Made by a program: the position numbers and the translations under genes. Positions 1 through 9,963 of a stretch of 58,296 nt of DNA are shown one piece after another. The notes under the pieces are model-generated. The model saw nothing but the letters and a program-made list of their open reading frames with translations, did no database searches and had not been told where the DNA came from. The first letter of the stretch is position 1. Every line of letters starts with the position of its first letter. Origin of the DNA: Alphaproteobacteria bacterium (GTDB taxonomy: Bacteria; Pseudomonadota; Alphaproteobacteria; Rs-D84); contig JAFXGD010000046.1 of assembly GCA_017513285.1 (NCBI GenBank), positions 1 to 58,296 on the forward strand. Direction: 5' to 3'.

Positions 1-142
1 ATTATATCATATGCAGTAAATTATTCAACTGCACATCAACCAACTTTACAATCATATACCCATCGGACAGCAAAACAATCTGAAATAAAATTGTTAAAAA
101 TTCCCCGGGTTTTTTGATAAAAATAATCAAAAACGCCGGTGG

Positions 143-1753
143 TTATATTGAAATTAAAATTTCTAATTTTTCATTATACTTTGCGATTTCTTCATCGATT
201 TTTGTGATTTCATCACGTGCGTTTTCATCGCCCGCCAATAACGCATTTGTGTATTCACGTTTTTGCAGGTTTAATTTTTCCAAATATCTTTGCAGTTTTA
301 ATGACACGATATATTTTTCTGCGGCATTTTTATCCAAATTCAAAGCGGCCGCATCACCATCAAAATCAACCCCCAACGTCCCCAAGAAATCTAAATATTG
401 TTCGGCCAATTCCGGAAAAGTATTTACAATATAAACCAAAGTATTTTTTGTAATCGCATCAATATCCGGCAGTTTTATATTCGGTGCCACTTTGGTTTTT
501 TTCCAACTGTGCCAACTTTGGAATTTTCGTTTATCGTATTCTTGTTTGTATTGTTTTTTTAATTCGGCATCTGAAATTTTTTCCAATTGTGTATCTAAAA
601 ATTTTTCGGCCTGGGCCCGTCCCCCTGGTGTTGAAACAACAAAGTTTTTATTTGCCAATTCCCACAAAAAGTCGGTCAATCCCACGGCATCATCGATAAT
701 TTTTTTCATGGCATCTGCGCCACTGGTTTTTAAGATTTCATCCGGGTCTTTTCCGCCAGAAACAAATGCAAAACGCACATCAGACGTATCACGAACGAAT
801 GGTATTACGATACCGCATGCACGGGCGGCGGCTTTTTGTCCGGCCGCATCCCCGTCAAAACAAAAAATAATATTTCTGTTTGATTTACACAGCAATGCAA
901 TATGGTCTTCGGTCAGTGCCGTCCCCAAAGGCGCAACTGTTTCACCAAATCCGCCGCATTGCATTTTTATTGCATCGATTTGTCCTTCGACGATGATACT
1001 TCTGTTTGCACGGTGTATTGCATCACGTGCAAAGTTTAACCCAAAGACCGTTTTACGTTTATGGAAAATATCTGTATCTGTTGTATTTATATATTTTGGT
1101 TCTGACCCATCCAAAGACCGTCCCGAAAACGCCACGATTTTTCCATTTGCATTAAATATAGGAAACATTAATTTATCACGGAAAAAATCATACATTCCAT
1201 AATCGCCACGCCGACATAAACCCGATGCTATCAAGTGTTTAGAATTTGCAAATTTATTTGCGATAATATTATTTTTTGGTGCATATCCGATACGATATTT
1301 TTTAATCATATCATCTGAAAATCCCCGTTTACGCACGTATTCCAATGCGTGTGCCGCATCTGGGGTAAATAATTTTTCGCTGTATGTTTGTGCGGCCCGT
1401 TCGCATATATCGAATAATTCTTCTTCACGTTTAACGACATTTGGGTCACGTGGTTTATAGTCGGGCATTTTAACCCCGGCCATATTCGCCAATTCGGTTA
1501 TTGCGGCCCGGAAATCCATATTACCATGCTTCATAGTAAACGAAATAATATCGCCGTGTTCACCGCAACCAAAGCAATGATAAAAACCTTTTTCTTCATT
1601 TACGGAAAAGCTGGGTGTTTTTTCATTATGGAATGGACAGCATCCCCAATAATTTTGTCCTTTTTTGGTTAATGGCACAACCCGCCCGACCACATCCACG
1701 ACCGATAACCGTGCACGTAATTCGTCGGTAAAGTTGCGATCCAATCCTGCCAT
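143..1753 (-). CDS. dnaG: DNA primase
   Basis: 536-aa ORF with a CHC2 zinc finger (CPFHNEKTPSFSV) near the N-terminus and TOPRIM-like blocks (EGQIDAI, FDGDAAG). Shorter than typical DnaG. Confidence 0.93.
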   Translation of the reverse strand: MAGLDRNFTDELRARLSVVDVVGRVVPLTKKGQNYWGCCPFHNEKTPSFSVNEEKGFYHCFGCGEHGDIISFTMKHGNMDFRAAITELANMAGVKMPDYKPRDPNVVKREEELFDICERAAQTYSEKLFTPDAAHALEYVRKRGFSDDMIKKYRIGYAPKNNIIANKFANSKHLIASGLCRRGDYGMYDFFRDKLMFPIFNANGKIVAFSGRSLDGSEPKYINTTDTDIFHKRKTVFGLNFARDAIHRANRSIIVEGQIDAIKMQCGGFGETVAPLGTALTEDHIALLCKSNRNIIFCFDGDAAGQKAAARACGIVIPFVRDTSDVRFAFVSGGKDPDEILKTSGADAMKKIIDDAVGLTDFLWELANKNFVVSTPGGRAQAEKFLDTQLEKISDAELKKQYKQEYDKRKFQSWHSWKKTKVAPNIKLPDIDAITKNTLVYIVNTFPELAEQYLDFLGTLGVDFDGDAAALNLDKNAAEKYIVSLKLQRYLEKLNLQKREYTNALLAGDENARDEITKIDEEIAKYNEKLEILISI

Positions 1754-3990
1754 TACTTTTTCTTTGCTTTATCGTTAATTAATTTAATTGCGGTTTCCAA
1801 ATCCGGCTGTTCACGTACAGACACATTCACACGATTTGAAGAAATGTATGCGCCATATCTGCCGGTTGGATAAAAGAAAATCATTTTTTTGGTTTCTGGG
1901 TTTTCGCCGATTTTAATTGGTTCGGTTTTTTTACCGGCGTTTGCCAATAAATCACGTGCGATTTCCAAAGTTATTGTTTCGTGTGTATATTGTTTTGCGG
2001 CGACATTTTTTGCACCATCTGTGACATACGGTCCAAATTTACCGACCCGGAATTCGATTCCATCCCCCAATTCAACCGTATCTGATTTTGTCTGTACGGC
2101 GGAATCTGTGGCCTGGGCAGATGTATCTGTTTTTCCCAACTGTTTTGTATATTTGCAATCGGGGTATTTTTCGCAACCGATAAAAGGCCCAAATTTAGAC
2201 AATTTAATTCCCAACTTTGCCCCGCAATCTGGACATACGTCATTACCATCTGAAAACAAATGATTGTGCATAAACACATTTATTTCATCGATAATTTCCG
2301 CAGTCTTAATTCCCCGTGCGCCTTCAATCATATTGTCTGTTGGTCGCCAGAAATTTTCCAATGCGGTTATTTTATCTTGCTTACCATTTGACACATCGTC
2401 CAAAGTATCTTCTGTTTTTGCGGTAAAATTCACATCAACCAAATCTGAAAAGTATTTATTTAAATACGATGCAATAACCCAACCACCATTTGTTGGATGG
2501 AAACGTCTTTGTTTATCTTGTTCGACGTATGCCCGATCAACAATGGTTGACATAATTGTTGCATATGTCGACGGTCGCCCGATACCCAATTCTTCTAATT
2601 TTTTAACCAAAGATGCTTCGGTATATCTGGGTGGTGCCTGGGTAAAATGTTGTTCGGGAATTAATTCTGTGATATTGATTTTATCACCGACGTTCAAAGG
2701 CGGTAATTTTGATTCTTTTTTATCTTCTTCATCATCTTTATCTTCGGTGTACACCTTCATAAAACCATCGAAAGTACGCACAGACCCCACCGCATGGAAA
2801 ACGGCAATATGGTTATCCGTTTCGATATCTGCGGCAACCGAATCAAATTCTGCATTTTTCATTTGGCATGCAATTGTACGTTTCCAAATTAATTCGTATA
2901 ATTTGGCTTCATCGCCACTTAAATTTTTCGCCGGCCCATCAAAGTGTGTTGGTCGAATTGCTTCGTGTGCTTCTTGGGCATTTTTAGATTTGGTTGCATA
3001 CACATTCGGTGTTGCAGGCAAGAAGTTATCACCATATTCCCGTGTGATATATGCCCGAATTTCATTAACCGCATCTGCGTTCAAGTTTGTTGCATCCGTA
3101 CGCATATATGTAATTAAACCTTGTTCGTATAATTTTTGTGCGGCACTCATTGTGCGTTTTGATGCAAAGTATAATTTACGTGCGGCTTCTTGTTGCAGTG
3201 TTGATGTTGTAAAAGGCGCCGCCGGTTTTCTTTGATTTTTCTTTTTTTCAATATTTACGACGCATGCAGCGATTTTTGGATTACCAATTTGATTTAAAAT
3301 ATCATCGACAAATTCTTTGTTTTCAATGGTCATCTTTTCAATTTTTTTACCATTGAATTTATTCAGCATTGCGTTAAAGTTCGCAGATTCTGTCGTACAC
3401 ACGGAATCGACGGACCAATATTCAACCGGTTTAAATTCTTCGATTTCTTTTTCACGGTCAACGACTAATTTAACCGCCACCGATTGCACACGCCCGGCCG
3501 ATTTTCCCAAATTACGCCGCCACAACAAAGGTGATATTCCAAAACCAATCAAATAATCCAACGCGCGTCGCACCAGATATGCATCCACCAAATTAGTATC
3601 AATTTCACGTGGATTTTCGATTGCGGCTTGCACGGCTTTTTTTGTAATTTCGTGGAACGCCACACGATAAACTTTTTTATCTTTTAATAATCTTTTATTT
3701 TTCAAAATGTCCAACAAGTGCCATGCGATTGCCTCTCCTTCACGGTCAGGGTCGCTTGCCAGATATACTGCATCTGCTTTTTTTAATTCATCTGTAATCA
3801 GTTTAATTTGTTTTTCTTTTCCTGGCATAATTTGCCATTTCATTTTGAATTTATTTTCTGTATCGACACTGCCATTTTCCGGCACCAAATCACGCACATG
3901 ACCAACAGATGCGATAACACGCCACCCCGCCCCCAGGTATTTTTCAATTGTCTTTGCCTTTGAAGGTGATTCCACAATCAATAAATTCAT
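1753..3990 (-). CDS. topA: DNA topoisomerase I
   Basis: 745-aa ORF with a TOPRIM start (MNLLIVESPSKAKTIEKYLG), a DPDREGE motif and C-terminal Cys-pair zinc ribbons (CPDCG, CEKYPDC). Confidence 0.95.
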   Translation of the reverse strand: MNLLIVESPSKAKTIEKYLGAGWRVIASVGHVRDLVPENGSVDTENKFKMKWQIMPGKEKQIKLITDELKKADAVYLASDPDREGEAIAWHLLDILKNKRLLKDKKVYRVAFHEITKKAVQAAIENPREIDTNLVDAYLVRRALDYLIGFGISPLLWRRNLGKSAGRVQSVAVKLVVDREKEIEEFKPVEYWSVDSVCTTESANFNAMLNKFNGKKIEKMTIENKEFVDDILNQIGNPKIAACVVNIEKKKNQRKPAAPFTTSTLQQEAARKLYFASKRTMSAAQKLYEQGLITYMRTDATNLNADAVNEIRAYITREYGDNFLPATPNVYATKSKNAQEAHEAIRPTHFDGPAKNLSGDEAKLYELIWKRTIACQMKNAEFDSVAADIETDNHIAVFHAVGSVRTFDGFMKVYTEDKDDEEDKKESKLPPLNVGDKINITELIPEQHFTQAPPRYTEASLVKKLEELGIGRPSTYATIMSTIVDRAYVEQDKQRRFHPTNGGWVIASYLNKYFSDLVDVNFTAKTEDTLDDVSNGKQDKITALENFWRPTDNMIEGARGIKTAEIIDEINVFMHNHLFSDGNDVCPDCGAKLGIKLSKFGPFIGCEKYPDCKYTKQLGKTDTSAQATDSAVQTKSDTVELGDGIEFRVGKFGPYVTDGAKNVAAKQYTHETITLEIARDLLANAGKKTEPIKIGENPETKKMIFFYPTGRYGAYISSNRVNVSVREQPDLETAIKLINDKAKKK

Positions 3991-3994
3991 ATCC

Positions 3995-5140
3995 CTAACT
4001 CCCCTTTGCAGATAATTGTTGGTCTTTGTGAATATATGCGTTTTGGCACAGTCCGAACCCGAACATCAGTGATAATAAACTGCTGCCACCAAAAGACATT
4101 AATGGCAACGGTACCCCGACGGTTGGCAACAATCCCAAAACCATAGAAATATTTATAAAGTAATAAACAAAAAAGTTCAACATAAAACCAAAACAGATTA
4201 ATTGCCCAAATCTGTTACGGCACATTTTTGCGCACCAAAACAGTACAACCACAATCCATGTATATATCATCAACAAAGAAAAAGCCCCCAAAAATCCGAA
4301 TTCTTCCCCCAGCATAGTAAATATAAAATCAGTCTGTTTTTCGGGCAGGAAAGACTGTTGTGATTGTGAACCTTTCATATAACCTTTACCGGTCATACCG
4401 CCGCTGCCGAATGCGATTTTTGCCTGATTTATTTGATATCCCGCACCTTGGATATCGCTGTCCGGGTTCAAGAAAGTAATAATACGTCCACGCTGATAAT
4501 CATGCAGACCGCCATACCAAACGACCGGTGCCGCCATCAATCCCAAGATTGCCGCAATAATAAACCATTTTTTATTTGCGCCGACGATATAGAACACCCC
4601 AACTGTAATCATACCCAACGACAGTGCGGTCCCCAAATCCGGCTGTGCCACAATCAATGCAAACGGCAACAATAACATTAACGACGGCACCAGATAGTGC
4701 TTAAATTGCCCCAGTTCCACCGAATTAAACCATGCGAAATATCGTGCCAGTGCCAGCACCAGCGCAATTTTAATCAATTCGGACGGTTGAATATGAATAA
4801 ATCCCAAATTTAACCATCTTTGCGCCCCCATACCTGTATGCCCGACAAAAGTCACCAAAATAATCATAATCAATGCGATTGCATAAATCACATATGCAGA
4901 CTTAATCCATGTCTTTATATTTGTAAATGCGGCGAAAAAGAACACCCCGAACCCCAGTATTATTTTCATCAGCTGTGACAGTGCATATGGTCGCCAATTT
5001 CCCCCGCCGGCCGAATACAGCACCACAATAGAAATCGCCAACACTATACACATTGGCACAAACAGACGCCATGAAAACCGCCCCAGTTTTTCACTAAGTC
5101 CCATCATATTTGCGTTTGAAATTCTGGTTTGTTTTGCCAT
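3995..5140 (-). CDS. rodA: SEDS-family peptidoglycan polymerase (RodA type)
   Basis: 381-aa polytopic membrane ORF of FtsW/RodA type, directly downstream of the PBP2 gene as in mrdAB operons. Confidence 0.85.
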   Translation of the reverse strand: MAKQTRISNANMMGLSEKLGRFSWRLFVPMCIVLAISIVVLYSAGGGNWRPYALSQLMKIILGFGVFFFAAFTNIKTWIKSAYVIYAIALIMIILVTFVGHTGMGAQRWLNLGFIHIQPSELIKIALVLALARYFAWFNSVELGQFKHYLVPSLMLLLPFALIVAQPDLGTALSLGMITVGVFYIVGANKKWFIIAAILGLMAAPVVWYGGLHDYQRGRIITFLNPDSDIQGAGYQINQAKIAFGSGGMTGKGYMKGSQSQQSFLPEKQTDFIFTMLGEEFGFLGAFSLLMIYTWIVVVLFWCAKMCRNRFGQLICFGFMLNFFVYYFINISMVLGLLPTVGVPLPLMSFGGSSLLSLMFGFGLCQNAYIHKDQQLSAKGS

Positions 5141-6907
5141 TTACTTTAACAACTCTTTCATAACTGCGGCGGCGCATCGTGCGGCGGGGCCGCTGCCACC
5201 TGCGTGTTCTGCGATAACGCACACGGCGTATCGTGGGTTATCGGTTGGTGCGTATCCAACAAATAATCCATGGTTACGCATATTCCACTTTAATTGTTCG
5301 TTTGTCAATACCCCGCTTTCACGTTCTTTTTTTGAAATACTGCGCACCTGGGAAGTACCGGTTTTGCCCCCCATTTTTTTACCATTAACATTTATTGCGC
5401 TGCCTGCGGCGGTGCCGCCTTTTTTTGTCACTTGTTCCAATCCACGCATAACGGCTTGGATATTTTTCTGGCGCAGACCCATTGACGCAAACCTTGGTCG
5501 TGTGCCGTCGGAAATCAATCTGGGGACGACGACTTTATTGGATGTTGCCCGTGCGGTCATAACCGCCAACTGCAGGCAATTTGACAGTATGAATCCTTGA
5601 CCGATACCGGAAATAATGGTGTCGCCATGCACCCATTTATATCCGACATTTTTTTCTTTCCAATATCTGTCGGGGATAACGCCGGCCATTTCACGTGATA
5701 AAATATCATCCATATATTTTTCTGTAAATCCCAAACGGATGGCCATTTCTTTAATTGCATCGATACCGATACGCAATGCGACCTGATAAAAGTATATGTC
5801 ACAAGAATGCTTTAACGCCCCCGCTAAATCGACTTTACCGTGTCCTTTATCTTCCCAACAGTGATACCGTCTGTCGCCGTAATCCCAATACCCGGGACAG
5901 AATATTTTTTCTTTTTCATTTATTGCGCCCGATTCCAGCGCTGCCAACGCAACAACGATTTTAAACGTCGACCCCGGTGGGTACAGACCTTCGATTGCTT
6001 TGTTCATAAAAGGTTTTGCAAAATCGGACCGCAAATTTTCTATATATTCTTCTGCATCATCGCTGCGGAATTGGTTGGGGTCAAAACTGGGGGTTGAAAC
6101 CATTGCCAAAATATCGCCATTTCTGATATCAATTGCGACCCCGCACCCTGCCCTGTGTTGTGTCAAAGCATCATACATAACCCTTTGCACATTTTCATCG
6201 ATTGTTGTTTTGATATCATCGCCAACGATTGGTGCGACAAATCTGGATTTATCTTCGCCTGTGATGCGTCCGACCGCATTGGTTATTGATACGGTTTGAC
6301 CCGAAACGCCTTTTATATCATCGTTAAATCTTTTTTCCAATCCGGTGATACCTGTTGTCAAGAACGGTGTATTTGCCACAGGTTTATCAGGTTCGCCAAC
6401 ATACCCAAATATTTGCGCACCCGCCGCCCCCAATTCATACGAACGTGCATATCCGCTTTCCACGTGCAGTCCCTGTAATCCTTTGGCTTGGATACGTGCC
6501 AATTGGGCCCAATTTGTATTTTCGCTGACCAAGACGGGTTGAAATTTCGGTTGTTTTTTTATTTTTGCCCGAATTTTATCGACTTTTTTTTGCTTTAAAT
6601 TTAAATCATTTGCCAAAATTTCCACTAATTTATCGGTGTCGTCTGATTCTTCTGGGATGATATAGATTCTGTAAATCGGCACATCGCGTGAAATAGGCAC
6701 ATTATTTCGTGACAGTATCTTACCCCTTTCCGGCATATTTATCTGAATCCGGAAAGAGTTATTTTCGCTTTTTTGTTTATATTCGTCATAACTGAATAAT
6801 TGCATCTGCAACATACGTAATACCAGTGCAGATGTCAAAACCGCCCCTGCGGTTAAAAACAGTGCGCTGCGTCGGTCAAAAGTACGTGCGACTTCTTTAT
6901 CAATCAT
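5141..6907 (-). CDS. mrdA: Penicillin-binding protein 2 (class B transpeptidase)
   Basis: Transpeptidase motifs SxxK (STFK) and KTG (KTGTS). Start placed at the in-frame ATG at 6907 (MIDKEV...), because the 15 extra codons in the ORF track run into mreD. Confidence 0.85.
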   Translation of the reverse strand: MIDKEVARTFDRRSALFLTAGAVLTSALVLRMLQMQLFSYDEYKQKSENNSFRIQINMPERGKILSRNNVPISRDVPIYRIYIIPEESDDTDKLVEILANDLNLKQKKVDKIRAKIKKQPKFQPVLVSENTNWAQLARIQAKGLQGLHVESGYARSYELGAAGAQIFGYVGEPDKPVANTPFLTTGITGLEKRFNDDIKGVSGQTVSITNAVGRITGEDKSRFVAPIVGDDIKTTIDENVQRVMYDALTQHRAGCGVAIDIRNGDILAMVSTPSFDPNQFRSDDAEEYIENLRSDFAKPFMNKAIEGLYPPGSTFKIVVALAALESGAINEKEKIFCPGYWDYGDRRYHCWEDKGHGKVDLAGALKHSCDIYFYQVALRIGIDAIKEMAIRLGFTEKYMDDILSREMAGVIPDRYWKEKNVGYKWVHGDTIISGIGQGFILSNCLQLAVMTARATSNKVVVPRLISDGTRPRFASMGLRQKNIQAVMRGLEQVTKKGGTAAGSAINVNGKKMGGKTGTSQVRSISKKERESGVLTNEQLKWNMRNHGLFVGYAPTDNPRYAVCVIAEHAGGSGPAARCAAAVMKELLK

Positions 6908-7355
6908 GGCGCACCCTTTTAATCCCAGAAACGACAGGTGTATACATTGCACACGTCAACACAACAATCCAAATCCCCCGTCCAAACGCCGTCCATGAAC
7001 AGTTTGTAATAACCAAGATTGATACAGCGGCTGTTATAAATATGGCAAATGCCCCCACGGCATTGTTGTCCATGCGTTGGAAATCAATCCAGTTTTGAAA
7101 TCCATTCACCGCATATAAACAGCAATATATCGCAATCCAAAAACAGACAGTTTGGAATTTGTAATCCAACGCCATGCACATAAATACAGAAAATATTGCA
7201 AACCAATTAACCGGCTTTACAAACGTGCAGTAAAATATCGGAATCAATGCCAAAACCCCGCCCGGATTCCACGTGGGGTGCGATAAATGCCACAGTGCAA
7301 CCGTCAACAGAAATGGAAATGTCACAGTAAAGAATTTAATTAAATTCTGCTTCAT
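6900..7355 (-). CDS. mreD: Rod shape-determining protein MreD (by position and hydrophobicity)
   Basis: 151-aa multi-TM ORF between mreC and mrdA. Assignment is mostly positional. Confidence 0.5.
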   Translation of the reverse strand: MKQNLIKFFTVTFPFLLTVALWHLSHPTWNPGGVLALIPIFYCTFVKPVNWFAIFSVFMCMALDYKFQTVCFWIAIYCCLYAVNGFQNWIDFQRMDNNAVGAFAIFITAAVSILVITNCSWTAFGRGIWIVVLTCAMYTPVVSGIKRVRHD

Positions 7356-8197
7356 CTGATATATCCGCTGTGATTCGAATTAAATTTTAACACGAAAACC
7401 TGTGACAATTTTTTTGGCGATAAAACATTAACGTCGTTTTTTTCTGTTATTTCGCCCACATACAGACCTGCGGGTAAAACACCGGAAATATTACTGGTCA
7501 CCAAAATGATTCCCGGGCTGGGTTGGAATTCGGGATTGCTGAAAAAACCAATTGTTGGGTTTGCCGACCCGTTTCCATCCAAAAATCCATATACGCCCGA
7601 ACCTGCGACACGCACGGCGATATTTGTATCTGCATCGGTTATTGCCCGCACCCGTGACATGTTATCTGCACTGTCGATAATAATGCCCGCCAACGTCATA
7701 TCAGGGCTGGTGACGACCATTCCTTTATCAACACCGTCGTTTGTACCACGGTTGATAAAATATGTATTATGTCCGATTGCGCTGGCATCATGAATGATAT
7801 CTGCGACCACTGTATCATATGGTTGCGCTGTGACGGTATCCAGCAATTTATTTAAACGGTCGTTTTCGGCCAATGCAAGTTTACATTTATTTTGATTTGC
7901 CATTAATTCGTTTAATCTGGCCTTTAATTCTTCGTTTTCAGACCTCAATGTTGCGAATTCTGCGACGTTGTTTGCGGCATCTTTTACCGCCCGCACGGGC
8001 CAGGTCACAATATTGCCCACCCATTGCGCCACCGGCACAACCACATGTGCGGTCGCATTCATAAATGTATAATCGGGCTTTGCAATCATGATATATATAA
8101 ACAGAATGGGCAGCACAGCCGCAGCCATGGCCGACTTAATCATACCGTATATTCTGGAAGATATCTTATTTTGGTTCATCGGGCATACTTTAATCAC
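7352..8197 (-). CDS. mreC: Rod shape-determining protein MreC
   Basis: 281-aa ORF with an N-terminal TM segment, a coiled-coil stretch (LRSENEELKARLNEL) and a beta-rich C-terminus (GLYVGEI). Overlaps the mreD start. Confidence 0.8.
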   Translation of the reverse strand: MIKVCPMNQNKISSRIYGMIKSAMAAAVLPILFIYIMIAKPDYTFMNATAHVVVPVAQWVGNIVTWPVRAVKDAANNVAEFATLRSENEELKARLNELMANQNKCKLALAENDRLNKLLDTVTAQPYDTVVADIIHDASAIGHNTYFINRGTNDGVDKGMVVTSPDMTLAGIIIDSADNMSRVRAITDADTNIAVRVAGSGVYGFLDGNGSANPTIGFFSNPEFQPSPGIILVTSNISGVLPAGLYVGEITEKNDVNVLSPKKLSQVFVLKFNSNHSGYIR

Positions 8198-8316
8198 AAA
8201 AAGTCAAACATTCAATAAAAACTTGATTTTTCCTTTTAATATGTCACAATTACAGTCAGTCAAAGTGGCAAGGCATTGCCATCCGACATAAAAAACATCT
8301 TAAAAAAGGATATAAA

Positions 8317-8520
8317 ATGCCAAAATTAAAAACGAAGTCGTACTTGAAAAAGCGTGCGTCTATGACTGCGACCGGTAAAATCCGTGTTGCCCGCAACTCT
8401 CATAAAAAATTGTTGCGTAAAAAATCCGCCCGTGCAAACAAAGCGGGTGCAAAACCACAATATTTGAATGAGAATATGGTTGGACAGGCTAAGATTCTGG
8501 CCCCATATGGTTTGAAATAA
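8317..8520 (+). CDS. rpmI: 50S ribosomal protein L35
   Basis: 67-aa basic ORF starting MPKLKTKS..KKR, followed by rplT. Confidence 0.9.
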   Translation: MPKLKTKSYLKKRASMTATGKIRVARNSHKKLLRKKSARANKAGAKPQYLNENMVGQAKILAPYGLK

Positions 8521-8539
8521 AGCAAGGGGGTAACAGGTC

Positions 8540-8908
8540 ATGGCAAGAGTAAAACGCGGAACAACCGTAAAACAAAAACATAATAAAATTTTGGCGCGTG
8601 CCAAAGGTTATTTGGGCCGTCATCATTCCACATATCGTGCCGCCCGTGAAAAAACAGAAAAAGCGGGTCAGTATGCATATCGTGATCGTCGTGTTAAAAA
8701 ACGCGAATTTCGTGGATTGTGGATTGTTCGTATCAATGCCGCAGTGCGTGCAAATGGTATGACTTACAGCCAATTTATGAATGGTTTAAAGAAAGCAGGC
8801 GTTGCATTGGACCGTAAAGTCTTGGCCGAAATGGCGTATGCAGGCGATGCAAACTTCACCAAATTGGTTGACACTGCAAAACGATTTATTGGCACCGATG
8901 TAAAATAA
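8540..8908 (+). CDS. rplT: 50S ribosomal protein L20
   Basis: 122-aa ORF starting MARVKRG...KKHNKIL..AKGY.G. Confidence 0.95.
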   Translation: MARVKRGTTVKQKHNKILARAKGYLGRHHSTYRAAREKTEKAGQYAYRDRRVKKREFRGLWIVRINAAVRANGMTYSQFMNGLKKAGVALDRKVLAEMAYAGDANFTKLVDTAKRFIGTDVK

Positions 8909-8994
8909 TACCTTGTCGGTGGGTATATCTTTTGTAATAATCAAGGCCGTCATATGACGGCCTTTGTCACAGAAATGAATTCAGGATTTAAGTT

Positions 8995-9948
8995 ATGCAG
9001 GAACAAATTAAAAATATAAACACACTGGAAGAATTACAGGCGTTGTACACTGCGACGTTTGGTAAAAACGGGACTATGACCGCACGGTTAAAAGAAATGA
9101 AGAATTTGGATAACGATGCCCGTGCGGCGTTAAATCTGGAAAATCAGGCGCTGCGTGAATTGTTCAAGGTGCGCCAGACAGAAATTGAAAACGCTGTATT
9201 GATGGCTGGGTTACAGAAACAAAAACTGGATGTATCGTTAAATCCGTTGCCGGAAAATCGTGGCACATTGCATCCTTTGACACAAAGTTTCAAAGAAGTT
9301 GTAAATATTTTTGAATCTTTGGGTTATACATATATGACGGGTCCAGAAATAGAAGATGATTGGCATAATTTTACCGCATTAAATACGCCATTACATCACC
9401 CTGCCCGTGATATGCAGGATACTTTCTTTTTAACAAACGGCAATGTAATGCGTACACAAACGTCTGCGGTACAAATTCGTGCGATGGAAAAAAATGGTGT
9501 ACCGATTAAAATGTTTACTGTTGGTCAATGTTATCGCAAAGAATTAGATGCAACACATTCTGCAATGTTTGGTCAAATAGAAGGTTTGTATATTGATACA
9601 ATTGAAAAAGGTGTAAATTTGTCTGATATGTTGGCAACAATGCGAACATTTGCATCTAAATATTTTGAAAAGGATGACCTGGAACTAAGAATTCGTCCAT
9701 CGTACTTTCCATTTACGGACCCATCAATTGAAATAGATATGAAATTTGGTGACAAATGGATGGAATTATTGTGCGGTGGTATGGTTCATCCAAATGTATT
9801 AAAAAATTGTAATATTAATCCAGATAAATATCAGGGTTTTGCATTTGGATTTGGTTGGGCACGTCTGGTAATGATTAAATATGGTTTGAACGATATACGT
9901 GCGTTTACAGATTCTGATGTACGTTGGTTGAAAAACAGTGGTTTTTAA
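8995..9948 (+). CDS. pheS: Phenylalanine--tRNA ligase alpha subunit
   Basis: 317-aa ORF with class II aaRS core motifs (HPARDMQDTFF, FRPSYFPFTDPS, GFAFGFGWARL). Confidence 0.95.
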   Translation: MQEQIKNINTLEELQALYTATFGKNGTMTARLKEMKNLDNDARAALNLENQALRELFKVRQTEIENAVLMAGLQKQKLDVSLNPLPENRGTLHPLTQSFKEVVNIFESLGYTYMTGPEIEDDWHNFTALNTPLHHPARDMQDTFFLTNGNVMRTQTSAVQIRAMEKNGVPIKMFTVGQCYRKELDATHSAMFGQIEGLYIDTIEKGVNLSDMLATMRTFASKYFEKDDLELRIRPSYFPFTDPSIEIDMKFGDKWMELLCGGMVHPNVLKNCNINPDKYQGFAFGFGWARLVMIKYGLNDIRAFTDSDVRWLKNSGF

Positions 9949-9963
9949 TACGGGGGTATAATT

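Noticed and set aside
2264-3235. Long ORFs in the track lying antisense to, or frame-shifted within, strong housekeeping genes. Examples are 492-1202, 2264-3235, 12704-13270, 16262-16720, 19794-20357, 38551-39252, 43061-43657, 46901-47518, 50735-51313 and 53482-54096.
   Set aside because: Each lies wholly inside a gene with clear family motifs on the other strand or frame. Each also has low-complexity, Ser/Pro/Arg-rich translations typical of shadow ORFs.
8943-8966. 10-bp hairpin (AAGGCCGTCA-TAT-GACGGCCTT) between rplT and pheS as a terminator.
   Set aside because: No T-run follows it, so it is not a canonical intrinsic terminator. It may be an mRNA stability or processing element, but I cannot support a specific call.
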